Assembly (NCBI GenBank): GCA_017409645.1
Contig: JAFQSI010000099.1
Location: 1 to 40,891 of the forward strand
Direction of reading: 5' to 3'
Origin: Oscillospiraceae bacterium
GTDB taxonomy: Bacteria > Bacillota > Clostridia > Oscillospirales > Oscillospiraceae
Length of the DNA: 40,891 nt
Shown: positions 13,401-20,132 of the stretch, one piece after another
Layout of the letters: every line of letters starts with the position of its first letter
Numbering within the stretch: the stretch's first letter is position 1
The notes under the pieces: model-generated
Told to the model about the DNA's origin: nothing
What the model saw: only the letters and a program-made list of their open reading frames with translations
Database searches by the model: none
Position numbers and translations under genes: made by a program

Positions 13401-13831
13401 TAGTCGTTGACCTCCTGGGCGAACGTATACGCAGACTCGGGATCGGTGTGATAGCGGACACCGAACTCCTCCAGCCAATCCTCCTGCCACCGTTCATTGG
13501 GCTCCCGGTGGCCTGTGTCCATGTTGATACCCCGGTTTACATCCTGTACACGGGGGCGATTGTTCCGGGCATTCGCCCGGGCCTTATCCGCCCTAAATTT
13601 CTCCAGACCCGTCTTTGCGGTGCGGGCGCGAATGGCGTACTCCGTGTCAGCGCTGCCGTAGCGCTCCACAAGGGTCTGTCTGGCCGACTTCTTCTCCGGG
13701 AGTTTCACATTTGTTGCTGCGCTTACCGCCGCAGCCACTTTACTGCCAATGCCGCTGCCAGACACGCCGCTCTTGGGCTTCTGCTCTTTGGAATTACCGT
13801 ACTTCTTCATCAATTCGTCTCTTGCAGACAC
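1484..13831 (-). CDS. Giant (4115 aa) polyvalent internal virion/ejection protein: HExxH metallopeptidase-like, N6-adenine MTase and strawberry-notch SF2 helicase (DarB-like)
   Basis: GTG start after AAGGAGG. HEFVH at 11369-11383; EPSAGIG and NPPF MTase motifs at about 9100-9310; GDGTGVGKGR, DEAH and QGFGRTHRSN helicase motifs at about 6600-8140. Sits after the tail genes. Confidence 0.9.
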   Translation of the reverse strand: MSARDELMKKYGNSKEQKPKSGVSGSGIGSKVAAAVSAATNVKLPEKKSARQTLVERYGSADTEYAIRARTAKTGLEKFRADKARANARNNRPRVQDVNRGINMDTGHREPNERWQEDWLEEFGVRYHTDPESAYTFAQEVNDYLAAERLAEREIPYKNFAEKHPVLATAASVATAPLGLLDTLGKGLDYLDDGHISQRSSVTPGAISRTLSGAVAEDLNEKYGTLDEGIPIIGGRGWGDAYSLANSALQSLVLGNTIGSGATLATFFGQGASSGMEEIKARGGSDEQAILYGLISGGAEVLTEKLPLDNLLKGGDAIRYTLKGWLGNAAKQGLLEGGEELASSIANEMADRWIMGDKSNFAVRVQEYTDQGMDKEEAEKKAWMDYANDAIFDFVGGMASGSTSMMVQTGLPVALANRQTGRTSTPESNAALIEQALAADEGAKPHKLAQKYQGAEKLTGGQINDLEAAYSEYETEQRYNLAAEKARERLEQADAEDSTVTAAIAKTLTGKELNRRERRALERSAEGKKVLQDMQFDRSWQREAAAAESRNKDGTAEDPFEESEGIDRAEPSGISEQLAADNAAAVLDNTANAAEPVAKPVEAAVENVENPAAETADSAPAVEESAENAQSTRTVEEVAEGFGNQAGAVRELYEDGQDVDAFEAGVRAAWELGNSGIPMERAVSSQRTQGITEHQRKQAYLLGQGAARLAAQGKATANAKAATGGTVRRRGAVKGQGVSIQDLSKTFNDPQKSAYKLLSFYAEVTGVDVVLYKGKQEQETGRFAHGENTIYIDITAGTNGWDVTDLGAYTMMRTFSHEFVHFVEKWNPTAYNDLREAVFAEMERNGSDPEALVEIAMQEQGLTFDQASREVVAEALTDILPESQFVQTLAQKHKSLFDKLKERLEAFVSELKAHWKKLTGNNSREAVALKRQVGDALEYAEEIVQLFSRAAGEAVEAYQATVMGEEVPAAEVVTEEAEEADEGPDAAAEETPKPDWGELGRTIPDGLRKYNNKFGSKHPMSVLTIKGKDGDAVYAGSGFLIFRIDERLVNWPGFDGYTKRLMTTEQFDSFSGKGKPLTEQPMIGNNGKTRVAEFDTPDGKIFCNYDLLRYLDGNTLTYKKLGGGSAFQAADPTTGELVGVLMGMKVDEKNITDKKPGKMKSFGKAVQPKAQKTETPKQEPQTITDDRFTIESTKGGTVYVTFSGKPDAAIRDALKALGFKWAPKKKAWYGNVEVDPGAVADFLREVYKAEETLKAEEPVEAAPKQEQRPVEPDFDADPYGWAEYQLSDDMHYGPIDLGAYEANIQPVNYDDRLFFYRGTLHEYKSKNPVEVGERVYRTNLSEKREDVVKDMVRVLRKLEAYDKDAPKTKGSSPAAQEMEGDTPSEKLANAILSEYLSKDRVIDSMALYALADRAFGGTQGEGAYNRKDAYDALELAVNKHLLTFAKDMNGDALKAQQSVRKLEVLLRTLPTQTVRTQEQQDFQQFSTPPNIAYLAAWAGNVQPGEMVLEPSAGIGGIASFAKSWGAEVAVNELSERRLGILKSMGFDHVFNENAEQLDNVLPDNIKPTLVLMNPPFSSTAGRTKHNKTSNAERHIDQALQRLSDGGRLVAILGKGMNDADYRKYWDKVRKEYTIRANLSIDGSNYKKYGTTWGVQLVVIDKVGPQPGQTITGSHTDLTEVPAVLEEIRNDRKAVEGLGSGSGAAADSLARSDGRNGVSESGSPGGRVRDSGKPARSAGKRSDRSHEGGSGVRNHADDGGLRKPHQDSGRGKVGGDVRQDLRQDHRADHEPAVAGELARPEPQRARRLNEEPEQREDDGVYATFVLPDVPIPGGRKHPATLVESAAMSAVSMPRATYTPKLPAEVVKNNLSDAQMVTVTYAGQAHEQMLPDGSRKGFFIGDGTGVGKGRQIAGIILDNFMQGRTKAVWVSKNGDLYNDATRDWTGTTGRSKDEVLNHGKTKLGASIAADSGILFTTYPMLRSGKNNVTRLDQIVSWLGEDFDGVIAFDEAHNMGNLYGKKGKFGKAKGSEMAKAGVELQRKLPKARIVYVSATAATEVDNLAYAERLGLWGKGTAFANAQDFISKIGSSGLSAMELVVRDMKAMGSYVARSISYQGVAYDTIEHTLDENQTIIYNTMSSAWQTVMQNAHKALELTGGKNNSHARQLALGQFYSSMQRFYNQALTSMSMPSVIADMRRELAAGRSCVLQIVNTNEAQQSKALAQAKAENLELDDLDLTPRESLIGYLETCFPVQEFEEYTDEEGHTRSRPALDSKGQPIISRQAVAMRETLIEQVKSMAIPDGPMEMLFDAFGTEMVAENTGRSRRVVPKRQPDGSYKRVEERRTLNSRTADVQAFQDGKKRILVFSDAGGTGKSYHADRSEKNQQQRIHYVLQPGWSASNAVQGFGRTHRSNEASAPIYKLVTTNIKGQKRFTSTIARRLDQLGALTKGQRDTGSGMFGAKDNLETDLARDSLREFYKRLGSNRIKGIDGMKTLDRLGLKEKFTDDYGSFKMDENTARDISTFLNRILALEVDEQNTVFDAFTSIYEMELEAAIQAGTLDTGMENVKADKIEILDDKIIREDGNGGAATHYIQAKTYRKPRITTTVAEAETQRSGFVGIYETDNGSVRAVYRMADKTTEWGQVTKQYRLVGPNRDANTTVWQENTLAKRAKLLDKKDWQKAWDKEVAQVPEYNEDTLHMLTGALLPIWDKLPQEGTTKVKRLIAADGRAYLGRQIPASQIDLTLRQFQTDRTTEKLDAKTVMDRALQKGEHFRLTRERAEIFRSRVSGEWRLEIRQTNTWQLQRYSGIIRERINFQDRFFIPKSEAGEKLLADLLEHNPVRDSYQDDQLQVRRIALTDRQVLELAAEKIDPAKFDKAGQDAFRIFSERLERLRTLQEDRKELGQLYKEQQFGPGGDRKAAAETLEKMHRLDASIEAAADKVLEAEKGTALRAVLQEARKIVQKDQADHDEAVLKEYRQKRNESAAQRKYRKAIQREVKTLRDWLVNPDNKNALKHIPDVLKGPVASFLEAIDLTSKSGGTKADERLVKKMKAVRDAYERHIEDVGGLYSGYADLAPDFVKRLSAMVEKTQEIAMKGKPKYKINGGEMSAEELHELYKLVKEMKQHITTVNRFHANAMFQFASDAAQDTMNHLGRMGKYQNTALDGADQFLYWKNVRPAYIWERFGKGGVAIYDGLRRGQAQLAWNTQAIKKFSDKAYKAEEVNAWEKEIKRVRLPSGGSIRLTVAQMMSLYCLSKREQALPHLLGGGIRGANIQGTDTEAQHLTMEDIQDICDRLTKRQRAVADKLQKFMSEQGGEWGNAVTVKRFGERQFTEEHYFPISTDNMLRPSQVDKPDGSDLYALLNMSFTKKLTPNANNRVMLYSIFDVFTGHMGDMAQYNAMALPVLDALKWLNHRETWKTTDDKPAQDSVRERMNRAYGVPLHKEGTKDAKGYAITFVENILRGYNGTEAQGTPNDRRSMKQLHRYNRAQVAWNLSVVAKQPLAILRAAQEIPYTAIARGLAASPAQRKADIAEMLKHSGIAAWKDLGFYDVNVSRGLSKIIKHNDTAIDKYVEKGMAMAEWADRQTWGAIWSACRHQCGGNLAKTTELFERVIYRTQVVDSILTKTEYMRDKGFYSRLTSSFMSEPVTAVSPFLETAYRIKAEAGRKGGSFQTAWRKHGGKLGRLAYVYGVTAVMTGVLQSLIDAWRDDDEYQTFGEKFLEGLWENIGEELNPVEKLPVIKEIGTIFSAVVAKARGEDVWLQLSTLPLGDVAEYTVDATGILMKKLKGQNTGYTWYGSIRKYLQGASGLTGVPLATPTREIADLYNNALSAWNWIVGRMAPSLTIDLDKIKTYEQKPADALRDAFLSGYVDEDEAITKLMELGKAEDENEAYWKLRGWEGGSDWSKYDALAQAMANGEDISEAMDELTTHGVKEKDIREQIREIVGDWLSDGAITESEAQSLLVRYGDRDRDAAQDTVRRWMSEVDTGIAYTDIRDAFMDGEITATEAARMRREYGGESQEEAEQAVRYWEFQKDNPGLTADDSWIDKYYSDIQDTGIGIEDYVSYRSQVKGITGEGKKQRRMEVIDSLPISDEQKDALYYSEGWAASTIGEAPWH
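8410..8766 (-). CDS. 118-aa protein nested in the +1 frame of the giant gene
   Basis: GGAGGAG 7 nt before ATG; mostly G/C-ending codons in this frame; protein-like acidic helical sequence, while the host frame here is a G/R/S/D-rich low-complexity linker. Confidence 0.75.
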   Translation of the reverse strand: MTAKQWKDLVLEAAQQLTAWPGLMDETEYPRAEVREAVSVILESLPGVPESAVTAVMKEALEYEITPTMADFANLTRILDGAKSEGMYDRTCARIIEQTMSLLSQVSLLDLSPSAHDD

Positions 13832-13842
13832 AATATCCCTCC

Positions 13843-15141
13843 TTAGTTAAAGCGACTGTATGTGTCACGGGCACCTCCGCCGACGGGGGAGAGATACAGG
13901 CTTGATTCAGAGTCTTTCTTCTCCTGTCCGCCGTACTTTTTCATCAGCGTGTTGTACTGCCCCTTGGTAATGATCCCCCCTGACAGGGCATCACCGAGAT
14001 ATTCGGCAACCATGGAGTTTGGCGCTCCATTTGCTTTGAACATCTTGCACTCTGCCTCTACGCCGGCGTAATCCTTGGGCATACCCGCATCACCGGGCGC
14101 GTCATTCTTTTCCTGAGCCCCGAACAGGTTAGCAATCGCAGCGTTGACGGCGTCGCTTACCGCAGGAGCGGTCTGCCCGCCTCCATCGGAACTGCTGGAC
14201 CGCCGGGAACTGCTCCCGCCACCCCCGCCAGACCCGCCGCTCGCGGCCTGCTGGCTCTGGTAGTACCCCAGCCACGCCTTGGCCTGGCTCTCGCTCATGC
14301 CCGCTGCGGCCAGCTCCTCGGCGGTGGGCTTGTAGCCGGTGGAGACGATCATCTCCAGCAGCCGGTCGTAGGCGTCCTGCCCCTGCTGATACTGCCATTC
14401 CTGCTCGTACCGCTGATCCGCCAGCGCATCCCGGCCCCGGTCATATTCCAGCTGCTCGGCGTACTGCTGCCGCTCCAGCTCGTCCATCCACCGGGAATAG
14501 TCCTGGCTGTCCTGATCCATCAGCAGGCCCAGCTGCTGCATGAGATAGGCGTTCTCCGCGTCGTAGTCGGCCCGTGCGGCCTCCTTCAGCTGGGGGATCA
14601 TCTCATTCAGCCCCTGAAGATGTGCATTGTACACCTGCTGCCCGGCGGTCTGGGCGTAGGAATTGCCGTAGCCGCCGGTGAGCTGGGCCGCCTGACCCAT
14701 GGTGTCCTCCATGGCAAGCTTGCCGTCGCGCATCCACTGGTCCCGCAGCTGGAGATACAGCGGATCGGTGTTGACATCGTAGGTAAAGGGCTGCTGCCCC
14801 TGAAGCTGCTGGATCAGACTGTCGATCTGGCTGCCGTACTGGCTCTGATAGCTCCCCAACTGCTGATTCAGCAGATTCTGGGCCGCCGCGACCGCATCCT
14901 GCCCCGTGGTCTGTGCGGGCGCAGGGGACTGCGTGGCGGGCGCAGGCTGGCCTCCGGTCTGCTGCTCCATGACCTTCGGTGCCGCCGCCTGGGTCTGTAC
15001 CTGGGGCCGCTGGGCCGTGGTCTGTACCGCCTTGGGCGCGGGGGTGACCTGTTTCTGCACCGGGTTGGGGTTCTGCACCTGCCCCGGCTGCGTCAGTTCC
15101 CGCCCGCCCAACCGGCGGCGCTTGTCGTCGAGATACTTCAT
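13843..15141 (-). CDS. Internal virion / ejection protein (Q/A-rich)
   Basis: Q/A-rich helical protein with a GGYGNSYAQTAGQQ motif, located between the tail gene and the giant protein. Confidence 0.65.
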   Translation of the reverse strand: MKYLDDKRRRLGGRELTQPGQVQNPNPVQKQVTPAPKAVQTTAQRPQVQTQAAAPKVMEQQTGGQPAPATQSPAPAQTTGQDAVAAAQNLLNQQLGSYQSQYGSQIDSLIQQLQGQQPFTYDVNTDPLYLQLRDQWMRDGKLAMEDTMGQAAQLTGGYGNSYAQTAGQQVYNAHLQGLNEMIPQLKEAARADYDAENAYLMQQLGLLMDQDSQDYSRWMDELERQQYAEQLEYDRGRDALADQRYEQEWQYQQGQDAYDRLLEMIVSTGYKPTAEELAAAGMSESQAKAWLGYYQSQQAASGGSGGGGGSSSRRSSSSDGGGQTAPAVSDAVNAAIANLFGAQEKNDAPGDAGMPKDYAGVEAECKMFKANGAPNSMVAEYLGDALSGGIITKGQYNTLMKKYGGQEKKDSESSLYLSPVGGGARDTYSRFN

Positions 15142-15350
15142 TCTTTCGCCTCCCTGTTCTTGATGTAGCGATACATGGCGTCCTTAAACTCCGGGTCGTT
15201 CAGCAGGGCCTCTTTGGTTTCCTGGGCGCTCGGAGCCTTACCGGGGATCTTCTTCTCGATCCTGTCCAACTCTTTCTCCAGCTTCGACACGAACCGATGG
15301 AGCCACCCGATGATGCCGCCCTCTCTGGGCAGCGGGTCAAAAATCTTCAT
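15138..15350 (-). CDS. Small virion-associated hypothetical protein
   Basis: 70-aa ORF with ATGA overlaps on both sides inside the structural operon. Confidence 0.65.
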   Translation of the reverse strand: MKIFDPLPREGGIIGWLHRFVSKLEKELDRIEKKIPGKAPSAQETKEALLNDPEFKDAMYRYIKNREAKE

Positions 15351-17143
15351 CTGTGGTCACTTCCCATCTGGTAGGTTTTGACGATGCTGTAGATCTCGCA
15401 GTCTCCCTGTCCCTCAAAGCGCAGCTCCATGTGGTCGCAGCGGCGGATCCGGACAGGGAAGTCGTAGGCCCGGAGCCTTGCACTGGTGGCCGCCGCCACC
15501 CGCACCCAGCCCCCGGAGGAGTCATAGCGGATGTACAGGGCGAACCGGGACCCGGGATCCAGCCGCAGCCGGACATTGATCTGGGTGAGCCGCTTCCGGT
15601 CGGGATGCTCCGTGCCCAGTTTCCCGGTCTGAGCTGACCATTTCACGCCCAGTTGCCTCGCGCCGCCGGTGCCATTCAGGCTCTCCCGGCTGCCGTTTGG
15701 CAGGAGCATCCAGGCGTTGTCACCGCTGTCAGCCCAGTCGATGACCTGGGTGCCGTCCTCCCGGTGCCAGAGCTTGTACCTGGTATCCCAGGCGAACAGG
15801 TGATACACGCCGTCTTGATCCGCCATGGACAGGTAATACTTGTGCTTATAGCTGCCGCCGCAGCCGCTGTGGTACGGAACGCCCCCGAAGGCTCCGCCGA
15901 TGTCCTGGGGCAGCCCACCGGAGTAGGCGTGGACAGAGGTGGGGGACTTGTAGTACACGGTGCCATCCACAATGGCGACACTGCCGCCGCTGCCCGCCTG
16001 AACGCCGGGGCAGGCGGTGTACTCCACCCGGAAGCTACTGGGGCCGTCTCCGTATACGGCGTGGAAGCCCTGCTCCTTGAAGAACAGCACACAGCCGCCG
16101 TATCCCCAGCTGATCGCCCCGGTGAAGGGGCCATCGGTGCCCACGTGGGCGAAATAGCTGTCGGTATCGATGCCCTGATAGACACTCCAGTTGCGGAAAT
16201 CCCCCAGCTTGGAGGCGTAGAGGATGTTGACAAATTCGCCGCCATCGTCCAGGCCGTACCGGCAGCCCCACAGCCGGTTCCCATGCTCCACAATGTAGTC
16301 CATGATGGGCATTTCCCGGCTGACGGTGATGATTCCCGCCAGCACCACCTTGGCGTCCACAATGCCGGTGACCACGATCCAGTCCTTGTCCCGCTCCAGG
16401 ATCGTATTGGCCCCGTCCAGAGCGCCCAGCTGCTCCAGCTGCCGTTCGGTCAGCAGTTCATTGGTTTCAAAGTCCCTGGCATTTACCTCGGAAGCAAAGC
16501 CGGAGAGGGTGATGCCATCCCCGGCGGCGAAGTGTTCCCCGATCCCGGAGGCCAGGATTCGAACCGTGGTGCTGGTGACAGATGTCCAACACTTGGCGGC
16601 CTCGCTCCACTGGTGCAGGGTGTTGGGATACTCGGAGGTGTTGACCCACACGCTCTTGTCCAGGGGCTCCTCCGGCTCCGTATCGGAGACATACTCGGCG
16701 GTGTACTCCTCGCCGTTGGGTCTGCACAGGTATACCCGCACCTCCGTGCCGGTGCGGAAGGTGAAGTCGATATCTCCCTGGTCGGCGTGATCGGCGGTGT
16801 TGATGTACTTGCGGTCGGGGAAGATCAGCACATAGGCGCCCATAGAAACCAGCTGTTTCGGCTCGTCGCTGAGTCCCATGTCAATCCGGGTGTCCCCGTG
16901 GTAGAAGGCTGTACCGCAGGTGAAGCACAGCTCGTCCTTCATGATGATGCCGGTGGTATCTCCCATGATGTTCAGGGCCGTGGCCCGCCCGGTCCTGGGG
17001 GACAGCATAGGGAACTTATCGGAGCTTAAGTTCTGCATCTCGGTGAAGCTGCCCTCGGCAGCACCCAGCCGCTTGTCGTAGCCCAGAAACTTGTCCATGA
17101 TCTCCCGGTACTGGGGCCGGGAAGGGAGTTTGATGTAATCCAT
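15347..17143 (-). CDS. Tail nozzle / stabilisation protein (P22 gp10 / T7 gp12-like)
   Basis: 598-aa beta-rich protein (NRLWGC, YASKLGD) following the adaptor; SD GGAGG. Confidence 0.65.
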   Translation of the reverse strand: MDYIKLPSRPQYREIMDKFLGYDKRLGAAEGSFTEMQNLSSDKFPMLSPRTGRATALNIMGDTTGIIMKDELCFTCGTAFYHGDTRIDMGLSDEPKQLVSMGAYVLIFPDRKYINTADHADQGDIDFTFRTGTEVRVYLCRPNGEEYTAEYVSDTEPEEPLDKSVWVNTSEYPNTLHQWSEAAKCWTSVTSTTVRILASGIGEHFAAGDGITLSGFASEVNARDFETNELLTERQLEQLGALDGANTILERDKDWIVVTGIVDAKVVLAGIITVSREMPIMDYIVEHGNRLWGCRYGLDDGGEFVNILYASKLGDFRNWSVYQGIDTDSYFAHVGTDGPFTGAISWGYGGCVLFFKEQGFHAVYGDGPSSFRVEYTACPGVQAGSGGSVAIVDGTVYYKSPTSVHAYSGGLPQDIGGAFGGVPYHSGCGGSYKHKYYLSMADQDGVYHLFAWDTRYKLWHREDGTQVIDWADSGDNAWMLLPNGSRESLNGTGGARQLGVKWSAQTGKLGTEHPDRKRLTQINVRLRLDPGSRFALYIRYDSSGGWVRVAAATSARLRAYDFPVRIRRCDHMELRFEGQGDCEIYSIVKTYQMGSDHR

Positions 17144-17154
17144 GGCGCACCTCC

Positions 17155-17532
17155 TCAGAAACGGAAGCGGTTTCCGCCCGCCCGGGGATGCCCGGCGGCG
17201 TAGGCGTCTGCAAAGAGCTTCTCGTCCTGCCCCACCAGAGCCATCTCGTCGGAGTACAGATCATTCTCTCCGTGGTAAAGGGCGATCTGTGCCCTCAGAT
17301 AGTGGATGTAAATGCCATCCCAGGGATGCTCCACCAGAAGCGGCGTATCGCCGGGGGCGTCCTCGCCGTAGGGCCGCCAGGAAGTGGGCGCCCCCTCCCG
17401 GCCCTTCATGTACCGCTCATAGAGCTGCCCATCAAAGCGGGAAAGCCACTTGACCTTCTCCCCGCGGTCCAGGGCATTGGGCTCCAGAGCATCCACCTCC
17501 TGGATGACGGCATCAATGGTCGTAATTGCCAT
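17155..17532 (-). CDS. Head-tail adaptor/connector-like protein
   Basis: IDAVIQEVDALEPN...KVKWLSRFDG...PWDGIYIHYL pattern and position after the capsid genes; SD AAGGAGG before ATG 17532. Confidence 0.6.
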   Translation of the reverse strand: MAITTIDAVIQEVDALEPNALDRGEKVKWLSRFDGQLYERYMKGREGAPTSWRPYGEDAPGDTPLLVEHPWDGIYIHYLRAQIALYHGENDLYSDEMALVGQDEKLFADAYAAGHPRAGGNRFRF

Positions 17533-17551
17533 ATCGTATCCCTCCTTACTC

Positions 17552-17584
17552 AAAAAAGGCGGAGACTGCCTGCCTCCGCCTTTT
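17552..17584 (-). terminator. Intrinsic terminator after the capsid genes
   Basis: AAAAGGCGGAG-loop-CTCCGCCTTTTTT on the minus strand. Confidence 0.8.
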
Positions 17585-17596
17585 GCGCTTGTGTGA

Positions 17597-17968
17597 TTAG
17601 ATGTTGCCGGTGCCGATCAGCGCAGCGGCGCGGGTGTTGATGTCCTTCTCCCGCTGGATGCGCTTCTGCTTGTTGGTCCGGGCCTTCCGGGCGGCCCGCC
17701 GGCTCCGCTCATACTCCTCCCGGACATAGCGGGGGACCTTGTGGTACTCGCCGTTCTTGGGGATGACCCAGTTGTCGCCGTTGACATAGATGACGATGTT
17801 GGCATCCTCGGTGTCACTCTTGGGAGGCTCGGCGTACAGCTCCACCAGCTCATAGGGACCGAGCTTGGGGGGAGCTGCGGAGGCCTCGGGAACGACAGCG
17901 GCAGGGGCCTCGATGACCTCCTCGGTCACGGGAGCCTCAGCCTCTGCGGCGGTAGATTTCTTACCCAT
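17597..17968 (-). CDS. Hypothetical protein downstream of major capsid
   Basis: 123-aa ORF with strong SD AAGGAGG. Confidence 0.75.
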   Translation of the reverse strand: MGKKSTAAEAEAPVTEEVIEAPAAVVPEASAAPPKLGPYELVELYAEPPKSDTEDANIVIYVNGDNWVIPKNGEYHKVPRYVREEYERSRRAARKARTNKQKRIQREKDINTRAAALIGTGNI

Positions 17969-17980
17969 GGGGATTCCTCC

Positions 17981-19105
17981 TTAGTAGTTGGTCTGGGCAG
18001 TCTTGGAGAAGGAGCTGGTGGACATGATGCGCATCAGCCGCTCGGTGTACTTGATGATGTAGCCGGACTCGAACTTGTAGCCGATGGTGGACCACTGCTC
18101 CAGAGGGCCGCCGATCTCCTTGCGGTCCTTGACGATCATCCGGGCGTTGCCCTCGCCGGGATCGATGGTGGCGTATGCGTCCTTGCCGAAGGCGAAGGAG
18201 GCATAGGTAGCGGAACCGGCCTTGTTGACGTACTCGCCCTTGAGGATGTGGGCGTGGGTGGAGTCGAAGATGACGAAGCCGTGCATCTCGCCCACCTGAC
18301 CGTCGAAGATCTCCTCGGGCTTGGAATACTTGTGGGCCTCCACCCAGTCGGGATGCTTCCGCAGGTCGTGGATGACATGGGGATGGGCGATCAGACCGTA
18401 GCGGCCGGTGTTGCCGCCGTCGGAGCCGGTCAGGAAGGGGACCTTGTTGGTCCGCAGGATGGTGTAGGCCCGTGCCAGGGTGGCGGGGGCCAGAAGGGCC
18501 ATGGCGGTGTCGGAACACTCCAGCTCCGCACAGGAGGTGGGAGTTGCGCCGGTGACATCGCTGGTGATCTTGCCGTTCTGAATGACCAGGTTGTCGCAGT
18601 ACAGGACATTGGGGTTGGTCAGGAGGCTGTCACGCAGCAGGAACTCCTGGGTTTCCGCCATGGAAGCGCCCATCTCCTCGGTTGCGCCCAGGATCACATT
18701 GTCCACATGGCGCAGATCCAGGATGTCGGACACAGCGGTGAAGGTGCCCCACTGGTTGATATCGGCGAAGATGGAGGTCTGGCCGAAGGCCTGGGCATCG
18801 GGGATCACGCCCTCCTGCAGCTGCTCGGCATGGTCAAAAGTGTTCCACTTGCGGAACTCGATCTTCTTGCCGTGGTTGGCGGGCAGGGGAACATGGCTGG
18901 CAAACCGGGTGAAGACCATCTGCTCTCTGGCGTTCTCCAGCAGAGTGGTATCGTAGAAGGTCTTCATGCCGGGAGACATGGCGTTGGTGGTGGTCGCATC
19001 ACCGGTGTAGGCGTTGACGGTGCCGGTGGTGGTGTTGACGCTGGTGCCGGACTCCGCAAACAGCTGGAGGTCCAGGCGCAGCTTATCATCGGGGATCATA
19101 AACAT
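17981..19105 (-). CDS. Major capsid protein, N4-gp56 family
   Basis: FYDTTLLE...LPANHGKKIEFRK...LQEGVIP...GGPLEQWSTIGYK; N-terminal LRLDLQLFA Prp-type motif; SD AAGGAG before ATG 19105. Confidence 0.9.
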   Translation of the reverse strand: MFMIPDDKLRLDLQLFAESGTSVNTTTGTVNAYTGDATTTNAMSPGMKTFYDTTLLENAREQMVFTRFASHVPLPANHGKKIEFRKWNTFDHAEQLQEGVIPDAQAFGQTSIFADINQWGTFTAVSDILDLRHVDNVILGATEEMGASMAETQEFLLRDSLLTNPNVLYCDNLVIQNGKITSDVTGATPTSCAELECSDTAMALLAPATLARAYTILRTNKVPFLTGSDGGNTGRYGLIAHPHVIHDLRKHPDWVEAHKYSKPEEIFDGQVGEMHGFVIFDSTHAHILKGEYVNKAGSATYASFAFGKDAYATIDPGEGNARMIVKDRKEIGGPLEQWSTIGYKFESGYIIKYTERLMRIMSTSSFSKTAQTNY

Positions 19106-19136
19106 TGCTTTCTCCTTTCGCTGGGAGAAAGGCATT

Positions 19137-20132
19137 TTAGAGGGGGATCTTCTCTCCTCTGCGGGCCGCCTGTGCGATCTGGCGGGCTCTTTCGGGGGTC
19201 ATGGGCTGCTGCCCTGCCGCTGTGCGGATGCCGCTGCCCAGCTCGCCGGGGCGCATACCGCCCGCCTGGATGGTCTGGGCCATCTGGAGCCGGGTCTGCT
19301 CTGCCGCTGCGGCCTCCCGCTGCTGCTGAAGCTCTCTGCGGTGGACATGTTCATACACACCCTCCAGTCCGCCCATGGCCTCGAACACGCCGGGGGTGGT
19401 GAGCCGCCCAAAGGCGGGGTTCGCCATCTCGGTTTTCAGGTCGAAGCCGGGGTACTTCTGAGCCAGGGCCTTGCCCTGTTCCACCAGCGTGCGGTAGTGC
19501 TGCTGCATGGAGCTTTCGAGCTGGGACTGCTTGGCGGCGGCCTCCTGGCGTTCGGTGTGGACCATCTGCCGGGCCGTCGCCACATCGACACCCATCTCCA
19601 GGGCCTTTGCCTCGAACATGGTGTCGTCGCCCTCGATTCTCCGGGCCAGCTCTGCGTAGTCCGGGTTATCGCTGTCGAGGCCGTAGTACCGGATCAGTGT
19701 CTCCAGACCGGGCGCAAGGGCAGCCATGGCGGCCTGTGCCGCACCGCCGTCCTTCTTGGCCTTCTTGACCGTGTCCTGCATCCTGGCGTTCATTTCGGGG
19801 ACAGACATGATCTGTTCCCAGGTGGTCCCTTCGGGGAGCTTCCACTCGCTGCCTTTCTCGGTGTTATTGCCTTCTGCGGCAGCGGCGTCCTGCTCGCCGG
19901 AATTGCTTCCGTCAGCCTTGGCGGTGGGTTTGGCGGCAATCGCCTTCCCGACGGCCTCGGCCCGCCCTCTGGTGATCTTGGCTGCGGGGGCTCCATTCTC
20001 CAGCAGCCATTTCCGCCCGGCGTCGGCGGGAGTAACGCCCGTTTCGGCGGGACTGCCCTCTGCGCCTGCTGCGCCGCCGTCACCGGCACCCTCGGCGAAG
20101 AGCTGGAGATCCAGCCTGATTTTCTCATCCAT
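19137..20132 (-). CDS. Capsid scaffolding protein
   Basis: Acidic/Ala-rich helical protein directly before the capsid gene; begins MDEKIRLDLQLFAE; SD AGGAGG before ATG 20132. Confidence 0.8.
   Translation of the reverse strand: MDEKIRLDLQLFAEGAGDGGAAGAEGSPAETGVTPADAGRKWLLENGAPAAKITRGRAEAVGKAIAAKPTAKADGSNSGEQDAAAAEGNNTEKGSEWKLPEGTTWEQIMSVPEMNARMQDTVKKAKKDGGAAQAAMAALAPGLETLIRYYGLDSDNPDYAELARRIEGDDTMFEAKALEMGVDVATARQMVHTERQEAAAKQSQLESSMQQHYRTLVEQGKALAQKYPGFDLKTEMANPAFGRLTTPGVFEAMGGLEGVYEHVHRRELQQQREAAAAEQTRLQMAQTIQAGGMRPGELGSGIRTAAGQQPMTPERARQIAQAARRGEKIPL

Noticed and set aside
1487-13846. Very long plus-strand ORFs (1592 aa at 1487-6265 and 2412 aa at 6608-13846)
   Set aside because: Antisense shadows of the GC3-rich giant gene, with L/V/G/H-rich composition and no recognisable motifs.
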